Shown here piece by piece: positions 8,206 to 16,000 of a stretch of DNA of 18,189 nucleotides. The stretch is from the NCBI GenBank assembly GCA_030615175.1, contig JAUWZX010000001.1:263840-282028 (forward strand). Reading direction: 5' to 3'. The translations under genes and the position numbers were made by a program. The stretch's first letter is position 1, and every line of letters starts with the position of its first letter. The DNA comes from Candidatus Parvarchaeota archaeon. GTDB lineage: Archaea; Nanobdellota; Nanobdellia; WJKC01. The notes under the pieces were generated by a model that was not told where the DNA came from, searched no databases, and saw nothing but the letters and a program-made list of their open reading frames with translations.

Positions 8206-10393
8206 AAAAAAAAAAAAATTAATACTGGTTATTTTTTTATGCATTAATTGTGCTTTATCACAGTCATTAGATGAAGGGTCTTCCACTGCTACAGTCACTG
8301 TTAATGAAATGTACAGCGTTCTAAGCGTAAGCCCTGTAATAATAGATGACATGGTTTACCCTGGTCATGATTATGCAACCAATATAAGTGTTTCTGCAAG
8401 GACTGGTAATAAAAGGATGAATGCAACTTGTTCAATAACAGGGGACTTGGCTGAGATAACTAGTCTTGAATGGAGGGGTTATGATTTTTCGCCAGTAAAG
8501 ACGAAGACTAATACAATTAGCCTTGAGGCACCGACTACTGAGGGTTATTATGCGAGTATTATAACTATTAATGTAAGTAATGCAAATAAAGGATGTTGCA
8601 ATGGACAGAATGAACAGGAAATTAATGTAACCTTTAACCTTAATGTTACGAGTCACTCATCACAATTGAATCTCACTATTTTTGAATGCGGGACTAGTGA
8701 TGCAATTGCAGACGCTAATGTTACTTTTAATGGAGTTACTTACGAGACTGATTCTAATGGCAATTTTAAGAGCCCGTGGGTTGCGCTTGGCGCTTATGCT
8801 GTTAATGTAAGCAAGTATCGTTATGAGGATAATAGTTCCACTTTTACTCTAAGTTATGGTATGAATAATGAAACAATATGCCTTGTAGCCCAGCCTTATG
8901 GCAACCTCACTGTTTCTCCCACGAGTATTAGTTCAACAATTGATGCTGGCGAGAGCGAGAACCACATATTGACTCTTTCAAACACTGAGGATAGCAATGA
9001 TGTTGATAACATTACTTTGACAGCAAGTGTTAACTGGATTCATCTTGGGGAAACAAGTATTAGTTCAATAAGTGCTAATGATTACACTCAAGTAGGGCTT
9101 ACTATTGGACCAATCAGCACTGCTGGGACTTATAATGGTGAAGTGCAGGTAAACTCGTCAAATGGCGGGAATGTTTCAGTGTCACTGGCAGTTACTGTTG
9201 AATCTGTAAGTGCTGGACCCAGTCCAGCATGGATTGTAGATACAAGAGTCTTTGAAGAAGTTGAGGAGGAAGAAGTTGAAGAAGTTGAGGAAGAGGAAGT
9301 GATAACTCCTAGTATTGCTGAACTCATAAAAAAGTCTTCATTTAGCGTTGATATTCCGCATATTATTGAGCTTGCAGAGGGCTCGGCAGTGACTATTCAT
9401 GTAGGCGTTAATAATATTGGGCAAGTGGATTTGGAGAATGTCTGGATTAGGACTTATGAATTGCCTGATTGTATTAGCATGATTATAACGCCAAAATTGT
9501 ATAATTATATTCCTGTGGGCGTGGAGAGGTTGTTCATTATTGAAATGCTCGCGAATGAGAATTGCGCTGTCAATATCCTGAATTTCACTATTGTTTCTGA
9601 TTACTTAAGCACTATTAACTTGGTTGAAGTCAGGATTATTCCTAAAGTTACGGTTAGTGTCAGGAAAAGGCTTTTGGATGAGCTTTTGAGGATTGTGGAA
9701 ATAACTAATAATTTGCATGAGGGCATCCTTAAGATAATGGAGAGTGGTTTAAGCGCTGAGGAAGCTGATGAACTACTTACTGAAGTGGAGGATAAAATAA
9801 ATGTAGTGCAGCAGTTAATTGATAATAAGGATTATTCTGTAGCAATTGATACCATATCTGAATTAAAGAATGGTGTTAAGGAAGTGAATTCTGAAATCAC
9901 GCTTGTTTACGAGCGCGAGAGGATTAAGTACATGTCCATTCTCTGGTTTAATAGCGTAGCCACTATTTTCATGCTTATTTTCACGTTTGCAGCAGTAGTA
10001 GTTGTGTTAATGAGGCGCGGGCAGGAGGTTTCGAGGAGGTTAATAAGAAGAGCGATGAGAAGAGCGGAAAGAGGAGTTAGGAAGCCGGAGCACGCGGAGG
10101 TTCTGCATGATAAACCTGCAATAGAAGTAAGGCCTAGGAGAAGAGTTAAGTCAGGCAGTGTTTTACATGTAATTAGGGGGGTTAGTGTTGGGGAGAGGGT
10201 CCTTTTAGTTGAAGTGAAATCCAGTTATCTTAAGAAAACGTCTAAGGGATTTATATTAAATTTAACAGATAAGACTGGAAGCATTCATGGTTTATTTAAG
10301 GAGAAGGTTGAGGGAAGCGTCTTAGTGGAGGGTAAAGTGGGTGTTGACGAGAAAGGACGCAAATATATTAGTATTAAGAGGATTAGAAAATAA
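8202..10393 (+). CDS. Large membrane-anchored surface protein C (Ig-like, carboxypeptidase-regulatory-like and further Ig-like domains, helical stalk, TM, cytoplasmic OB-like domain); 5' end frameshifted at an A14 run
   Basis: ATG 8202 overlaps the B2 stop. After the A run, the frame of ORF 8309..10393 reads LILVIFLCINCALSQSLDEGSSTATVTVNEMYSV (signal peptide plus strand). Domains read from motifs: IADANVTFNG...TDSNG.F....LGAY.VNVSK.RY; LTVSPTSI...LTLSN...ASVNWI; acidic linker; GVNNIGQVDLENV; TM about 9938-10013. Confidence 0.7.
8205..8218 (+). repeat. Poly(A)14 homopolymer directly after the start codon
   Basis: ATG + 14 A + TTAATA. As read, this gives ATG AAA AAA AAA AAA AAT TAA; 12 or 15 A would restore the full ORF. 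Confidence 0.9.
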
Positions 10394-10425
10394 TTATAAA
10401 TAGGTAGTGATTAATAATTTAATGA

Positions 10426-10779
10426 ATGGTTGATATTTTACAACCCAAGGAGAAGGGCAGTTTTCACTTTAAGATTGGCAGGGTCAATAAGAAGTTAAAG
10501 GATTGGCTGAAAAGAGTTAAGACAAAAACAGAGAGGACTGAGGGTTTATTAAGTGAGAAGGAGTTAATTGAGGAAAAGTTGGATAAGAGTATTAAAGACC
10601 TTAAACAAGAAGAGGTTACTTTATTAGAAATGTTAAAAGAGGTTCAGGATGAAATAGACCAAGTTTCTAAAGAGAAGAAATTAGTTTTTGGTGATATTAA
10701 GAAGTTACGCTTAAGGAAGGAGAAGTTATTGAAGGATATAGAGTTTGTAAGGAATGCATTGAACAGGGAGTTAAAGTAG
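10426..10779 (+). CDS. Small cytoplasmic coiled-coil protein, function unknown
   Basis: K/E/L-rich heptad pattern, no signal peptide or TM; TTATAAATA upstream at about 10395-10403. Confidence 0.7.
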   Translation: MVDILQPKEKGSFHFKIGRVNKKLKDWLKRVKTKTERTEGLLSEKELIEEKLDKSIKDLKQEEVTLLEMLKEVQDEIDQVSKEKKLVFGDIKKLRLRKEKLLKDIEFVRNALNRELK

Positions 10780-10849
10780 TATAATCCTTTTTTTCAGAGT
10801 ATAGTGAAATATATTAAGATTAATATATTAAAAGGATTTATCAATTAAT

Positions 10850-12319
10850 GTGAAAATCATTTATTTATTAATCCTTATCTTATTGGCTGGGATGGTATTC
10901 TTAAGCCCTGGCATTACTGGTTTTATGGTTGCTAATGCTTCACCAGTTCGCGCTAATCTACGCTTTAAGAACAGCGCTGGAATGGAGTTGCCTGCAGAGA
11001 AGAAGATATACAAGCAGGGCTTGTTAGTTAATAAGTCAAGTAATGGGACAATCATGTCAGGCAGGTACGAAGTTGACGTGAACTTTCAGGATAGCGTTGT
11101 CAAGAAGATTAAATTCAAGAACATTAAATTAGACAGGGATGAGTTATTATTCAGTATTGACGAGCTAGAGAACCATGATTATGCCCAGATTTACAATATT
11201 GACCCCAAGGACCTTGATTTTGATTTAGCAGAAGTAACTGTTAATGCAAAGGGCAGGATGCTGTACAAGTGCGTTGATTACGTTGACGGCGCGTGCTTAA
11301 GCGACTGGCTGTTCATCATGGATTTAACTCCTGGCATGGATTACACTTTTACCTTAATACCTGAGGACCCTACTTATGTTGAATTGCAAACGCCTGTTTC
11401 ATGCACTAAGTATTCTGGCGGCAAGGACGCGGCTTGCGCTGACGTGGCAAACATGCAGACTGCTGACTCAAATTATGAAGAGGCAAGCACGGCTAGCGGC
11501 ACTGTTGCGTGGATTCTAAGTAATCATACTAATTCCGATTTAATACCTGCTGCCGCGACTAGTATTAATTGCTCTTACATATGCGTTATCTGGTGGAAGG
11601 AAACTACAACCATTGATACTAACTGCCAGGTGGATTTCAGCGTTGATATGGGAGCTAATTTTGATACTGTCTGGAGCAGCGCTGACTGTTCAGGTCTTGG
11701 TACAAGCGACCCAGGGGATACTGTGCCTGATAACTGCGTTGGGGGCTGGATAAATGTTACTACTTATGTTGATACTATTGCAAAGGCTGAAAAGGTTGCA
11801 GTAAAGATGTCTGGCACAAAATCAGGAGCTGCCGGTGGAAGCAAGGATGTACGTGTTGATTACGTTGTGTTTAACGTGAGTTTTGAATCAGCAGCAGTGA
11901 CTGTTGACATTTCATTAACTAATACTCCGATTCTTTTCTGCCCAACTGGTATTGGGAATGTTCAGGCAGATGACGGCGGCGCAACTTATGACTGTAGTGG
12001 AGGGACTTCAAGCGAGCCTGACGGTTATCCTCTGGTTGTTTCAGTTGAGTCTGGAACAACAGTTAATGTTGACCTTTGGATTAAGGGGTCTGGTGATTTA
12101 GTGAATAATTCTGATTCAGTACTTCTTGCAAACCTGACATTTGATAATAGTACTAGCGGGACGCCAACGAATACAACAACAGATTATCAGATAGTGTATA
12201 AGAATTCAGGGCACCCGTCAACTAACAATATTTACTGGTGGATGTTCATTCCAGGCGGCGCGAAAGCCCTTACTTACGAGAATACCATAACTATAAAGGC
12301 AAATGAGACTTCAGCATAA
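10850..12319 (+). CDS. Large secreted protein D with a C-terminal domain homologous to subunits A1/A2 (putative tip adhesin)
   Basis: Signal peptide plus ITGFMV; N-terminal region with YNIDP...LYKC...C...W...DLTPG..Y.FTL.PEDP; Cys/Trp-rich middle domain; C-terminal region from about 11903 (VDISLTN...VNVDLWIKG...NLTFDN...YWWMFIPGGAKALTYENTITI) aligns by eye with A1/A2. No C-terminal TM. Confidence 0.65.
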   Translation: MKIIYLLILILLAGMVFLSPGITGFMVANASPVRANLRFKNSAGMELPAEKKIYKQGLLVNKSSNGTIMSGRYEVDVNFQDSVVKKIKFKNIKLDRDELLFSIDELENHDYAQIYNIDPKDLDFDLAEVTVNAKGRMLYKCVDYVDGACLSDWLFIMDLTPGMDYTFTLIPEDPTYVELQTPVSCTKYSGGKDAACADVANMQTADSNYEEASTASGTVAWILSNHTNSDLIPAAATSINCSYICVIWWKETTTIDTNCQVDFSVDMGANFDTVWSSADCSGLGTSDPGDTVPDNCVGGWINVTTYVDTIAKAEKVAVKMSGTKSGAAGGSKDVRVDYVVFNVSFESAAVTVDISLTNTPILFCPTGIGNVQADDGGATYDCSGGTSSEPDGYPLVVSVESGTTVNVDLWIKGSGDLVNNSDSVLLANLTFDNSTSGTPTNTTTDYQIVYKNSGHPSTNNIYWWMFIPGGAKALTYENTITIKANETSA

Positions 12320-12330
12320 TAGAAAATGAA

Positions 12331-12437
12331 TGGGACGGGTGAGATTTGAACTCACGACTTCATGGTCTTCAGCTTTGCAGGAATAATAACGCACTGTTAA
12401 TATCCTCATGCACTCTCCCATGCTGAGTTACCGTCCC
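12331..12437 (-). tRNA. tRNA-Phe(GAA) with a 33-nt intron at position 30/31 (intron 12374-12406)
   Basis: Reverse complement: GGGACGG TA ACTC AGCATGGGA GAGT G CATG[AGGATATTAACAGTGCGTTATTATTCCTGCAAA]G CT GAA GA CCATG AAGTC GTGAG TTCAAAT CTCAC CCGTCCC A. BHB with central TGCA/TGCA helix and 3-nt bulges TGA and AAG. CCA is not encoded. Confidence 0.93.
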
Positions 12438-13009
12438 AATATTTTTTCTCCATAAAGAGAAAGTTTAAATGCTTTTTTATTTGTTCCTTTATACTTTCTT
12501 AAGTGTGTATTGAATCCTTTATCCTTTAAAATTTTAACCATTTAGTCTATTATCTAAAATTCTTTTCTTTTAGGTGCGAGTTCTTTCAGTATGCATGACC
12601 GCGAAACTTGTGTTTCATTGTTTCTGGTAATATTCAAGAACCATTCGGTACCAGTAAAAATTCCATTGTAACTCATTTTTATTCCATTACTTTAAAATTT
12701 CATACTTTCTTAAAAAAGGTAAAGTGAGTGAAAAAAGGCATGGACACAAAAAATCAAAGTAAACGCTGCGTACTTGGGTTTTAAGAGCAGTATCTTATTC
12801 ACGATTTCAGGTTTTTAAGTATTTTCCTTTTTGCGCCAGGAGTCACTTACCAAACTTAGGAATTGTTCCGTTGTAGGGTTCACTGATTAATTCCGTTAAT
12901 CTTTCATTGCGCGCGGTTTGGAACTCTAATGAAAGTAGTAATTTACTCTTAATTATTAGTTTTCCGTTCTCGCAAATCTTATATAGAACTTGCTGTTTAA
13001 TTTATATTA

Positions 13010-13522
13010 ATGTTTAAGCGGTTGTTTGGGATTCATAAAATAGAGAAAAAAATTGATGGTTTTACAGATTCTTTAGTAAGGTCCTGGGGGTGGATTAAGC
13101 ACTTGAATAATATAACAGAACTCTATGAGGAGCGTATTAAGAGGTTAGAACAAAGCAATATTCAGTTGATAGAACTTACTAGTCAATTAATCGGCAGCAT
13201 GGAAGAAGAGGAATATGAAGAAGTGGAAGAGCAAAAACAGCAACTTGTTTCTTCAAGGATTGAGTTGCCTAATAAGGATATTGCTTTAATGCAAATCCTT
13301 TACCAGTACGCTGCTTTTGACAGGAATAATGCTGTATCAACTCAAGAAGTATATAATAATTTAACATATAAGATTACTGAGAGGGGTTTAAGAAAGAAGT
13401 TAATGAGTTTGATACAGTCTGGTTTGATTAATAGTATTAAGAAAGGGAACACGAGACATTGGTTTATTAATACAGGCAGTTTGGCAAAAATTAAGAAAGC
13501 GATTAAGGAAAAAGAGGAATAA
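13010..13522 (+). CDS. Coiled-coil plus C-terminal winged-helix DNA-binding protein with an amphipathic N-terminus
   Basis: MFKRLFGI start; coiled coil (YEERIKRLEQSNIQL); acidic linker; wHTH pattern STQEVYNNL..ITERGLRKKLMSLIQSGLI.SIKKGNTRHWFI. TTATATA at 12979-12985. Confidence 0.7.
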   Translation: MFKRLFGIHKIEKKIDGFTDSLVRSWGWIKHLNNITELYEERIKRLEQSNIQLIELTSQLIGSMEEEEYEEVEEQKQQLVSSRIELPNKDIALMQILYQYAAFDRNNAVSTQEVYNNLTYKITERGLRKKLMSLIQSGLINSIKKGNTRHWFINTGSLAKIKKAIKEKEE

Positions 13523-13729
13523 GTTCCGTTAGGGGTGTTCCTGTTCTTGAGAACTTCTGTATTAGTTCCGTTTGATTCCTTAAGGTTCCTCTTCGTGTGA
13601 GACCTCCTTCCCGGCACCCAAGACGAAGAAAGCCGGAGTTAATCAGTATCATGCAGGTTCTTTAATAAGCCGGTTATTTTATTAATATCAAAAGGATTTA
13701 AAAGTGATTAATTATTAAGAATTATTGAT

Positions 13730-13802
13730 AGCCCCGTAGTCTAGCGGCCAAGGATAACTGGCTCTGGACCAGTAGACCCAGGTTCGAATCCTGGCGGGGC
13801 TA
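13730..13802 (+). tRNA. tRNA-Gln(CTG)
   Basis: AGCCCCG TA GTCT AGCGGCCA AGGAT A ACTGG CT CTG GA CCAGT AGAC CCAGG TTCGAAT CCTGG CGGGGCT A; A1-U72 pair typical of archaeal tRNA-Gln; TTTAAAA TATA-like element upstream. Confidence 0.96.
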
Positions 13803-13854
13803 TTCCATTAATTATTTAAATAGTTAAAGGATTCTAAAAGTTAAGGTGAAATAA

Positions 13855-14307
13855 ATGCCGGTAATAAATGTGCAATTAAAAGGGATTAACATTAATAGGG
13901 AAGACTTTATAGGTAAGATGCAACTGAAGAACATTCATAACAATGTTTTGGTAAAAGATGTAAGAGAACAGAAAGTTAATATGGGTAATATCAAGAAAGC
14001 TCTTGTGTTTACATTTAACTTTAAGAGCGAGTACTTGTTGGATAAGCCCAAGGATAAGAAGTTCGGAACTTTAGAATTAATTGGAGATGTAGTCTACGTT
14101 ACTGAAGAAAAATTGATGAATTCCATTATTAAACAATGGAAGAAGGACAAGAAGATTAAGGAATCAGTGTTAGTGGAAGTATTGCAAGCAGCCTTTGATA
14201 TGGCAAAAGTGGAAGCAATATACTTGTCCAGGAAAGTAATGTTGCCAAGCCCAATAGAATTACCTAAGGTTAGGCCTCCAAGTCAAAATCAAGGATACAT
14301 TGGTTAA
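13855..14307 (+). CDS. Conserved archaeal protein, possibly Arcadin-1/SecB-like fold
   Basis: Pattern I.V.L..I...R, NN..V.DV, L.F.F.F...Y, G.LEL.G.V.Y, W.K.KK and terminal LPSPIELPKV, which I recognise from a conserved archaeal family; the fold assignment is unverified. Confidence 0.5.
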   Translation: MPVINVQLKGININREDFIGKMQLKNIHNNVLVKDVREQKVNMGNIKKALVFTFNFKSEYLLDKPKDKKFGTLELIGDVVYVTEEKLMNSIIKQWKKDKKIKESVLVEVLQAAFDMAKVEAIYLSRKVMLPSPIELPKVRPPSQNQGYIG

Positions 14308-14723
14308 TGTCATTTAAGTTTTTCTTTGTGGTCTTTGTACTTTTAGTAGCAGTAGTAGTTAGTTCCGTTTTAATCGGAACTTTAGTTCTGAAAGAAACAA
14401 CAGTTGTTTACGTTCCTTCGGAACAATTAATTATTAACTTCTTTTTATGGGCTGATGGTTCTTGGAATTTAAAAATTAAGAATGACCATTCGCAGAACAT
14501 TACTTTAAACAGTCTTTTTATAAGCATAAGTGATGTTGTGGTTAATTCCTCACTTTCCGATATTATGCCTGTACAGGGATTAAAGACTCTTAAATCAAAT
14601 TATATAACGAGGACCGCGTCAGGAGTTGCTAATCTTGATTATTATGGGTTTATTCGCCTTGTTTATACTCTTGATAATAAGGTAAGGATATTAACCAAGG
14701 AGGTTACCGGCTTTTACAAGTAG
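14307..14723 (+). CDS. Hypothetical protein with an N-terminal TM/signal anchor and a small beta-rich domain
   Basis: FFFVVFVLLVAVVVSSVLIG hydrophobic stretch; TAATG overlap with the upstream gene; sequons NIT and NSS. Confidence 0.6.
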   Translation: MSFKFFFVVFVLLVAVVVSSVLIGTLVLKETTVVYVPSEQLIINFFLWADGSWNLKIKNDHSQNITLNSLFISISDVVVNSSLSDIMPVQGLKTLKSNYITRTASGVANLDYYGFIRLVYTLDNKVRILTKEVTGFYK

Positions 14724-14943
14724 GCTTAAACTCTCACTTTTACTTAAAAACCCCTTTTTCTTTAATGAATTATCTATCCTTTTTATGTTCTAATAGATTG
14801 TTTGTGCTTAGCCAGCTCTCACTTTTATAATGATTCCATAGGGGGCTGCATTTAACTCACTTTTGACGAAAAAACACACGCGTCCTTTACAGTACAGTCA
14901 TCAATTCCGAAACATATCTTGTAATCTATATTTAGTAGTGCTT

Positions 14944-14997
14944 GTGTTGGATGTGTTGGAACAGGTGTTGGAACAAGTGTTGGATGTGTTGGAACAC
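14944..14997 (+). repeat. Tandem array of five GTGTTGGA units upstream of a wHTH gene
   Basis: GTGTTGGA at 14944, 14953, 14965, 14977 and 14986, separated by T, ACAG, ACAA and T; a sixth copy, GTGTTGGAACAC, at 15093 inside the gene. GTGTT-GG-AACAC is an inverted repeat. Confidence 0.9.
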
Positions 14998-15031
14998 AAC
15001 TTTAATAAACTTAAAATACTTTAATTATACT

Positions 15032-15592
15032 ATGGGGTTCTTTGACAGATTTAAAAAGAAAAAGAAAAAAAAAGGAAGAAAAAGTAAAAGAAGTGTTGGA
15101 ACACAAAAAACAATTCAAAAAAAGAGGGAAAAAATTGTTGAACCAAGTAGCGTCTTGCTAAAAGAGTGGACTCAGATAATTAAAAAAGTTGAAAACCACC
15201 CTTTATCCCAGGCAAGATTGATAAACACAAAAATTCTGGAGCAGTTAACAGAGATTTTGACAAGCATGGACCAAAAACTTGAAAGTTTAAAGAAATTAGA
15301 TGAAATAATTAGCCTGCTTAGCAGGGAAAGGGAGGAATTAGAGCAGGCTGGGATGCCTACAGAATCACTGGATGCTGCTATTGCAAAGCTTAAAGGCTTA
15401 AGCACCAAAGACAAAGAAGCGGTTGATGTGTTAAAAAAACACAAGTCAATTACAACTGAACAGTTTGCAAAGAAGGTTGGATTAAGCAGGTCAACTGCAT
15501 CAAGCAGATTAAACAAACTGCACAGCCTTGGGCTGCTTAAAAAAATGACAAAAGAGAGGAGAATAATATTTAAAATGGATAAAAACTTTTAA
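15032..15592 (+). CDS. Coiled-coil plus C-terminal winged-helix protein with an amphipathic/polybasic N-terminus
   Basis: Likely start ATG 15032 (MGFFDRFKKKKKKKGRK); the 14942 extension is just translated repeat. C-terminal LSTKDKEAVDVL...ITTEQFAKKVGLSRSTASSRLNKLHSLGLLKK is a classic wHTH. Confidence 0.8.
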   Translation: MGFFDRFKKKKKKKGRKSKRSVGTQKTIQKKREKIVEPSSVLLKEWTQIIKKVENHPLSQARLINTKILEQLTEILTSMDQKLESLKKLDEIISLLSREREELEQAGMPTESLDAAIAKLKGLSTKDKEAVDVLKKHKSITTEQFAKKVGLSRSTASSRLNKLHSLGLLKKMTKERRIIFKMDKNF

Positions 15593-16000
15593 GCAAAGAT
15601 TAAATCATTTATAACAATATCTTTTAAGCAAAGACAGTATTTTTATGTTCAAAAACACGCCCTAAAAGGGCATAATTAACACAAAAAGTTAGGTTATTTG
15701 TGAACACAAAATCAGACATTTTTGTATACGTATTCCTTTGCTATACTTTTTGTATAATAGGGATTTGTATTATTTTGTCCAACAAAAGCAGTCATTTGGA
15801 ATATATTACTTGAAGTGTAATAACTCCACCTTGTGTAAGGTAAGCTTGCTTATGCGTGTCAAACATGTAAAAACATATGTTTTAAGCCGTTTTTCCGGAG
15901 TGTTCCTTTTTTTCGGAAAAATGTGTTCAAATTGCCTAAATTTCAGGGTCAATAAAATCGATAAAATTTTATGGACAAAACCATACATATTGCAAACTGC

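Noticed and set aside
9253..9301. GAAGAAGTTGAG-type repeats
   Set aside because: They encode an acidic low-complexity linker (EEVEEEEVEEVEEEEV); no independent DNA-level function is evident.
13596..13680. Structured ncRNA or 16S 3'-end-like ACCTCCT upstream of tRNA-Gln
   Set aside because: Only short CCGGC/GCCGG pairing and a 7-nt match; no recognisable RNA family features.
12640..14850. TTCCA-containing words (for example GATTCCATAGGGGG near 14832) as canonical ORB origin boxes
   Set aside because: They lack the full TTCCA-N-GAAA ORB dyad and no orc1/cdc6 is in the window, so an origin cannot be called.
14944..14997. Mini CRISPR array
   Set aside because: Units are only 8-12 bp with no unique spacers, and there are no cas genes in the window.
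14942..15031. N-terminal extension MCWMCWNRCWNKCWMCWN as a Cys/Trp metal-binding repeat
   Set aside because: It is the translation of the GTGTTGGA DNA array; ATG 15032 with an AT-rich TATA-like region upstream is the more plausible start.
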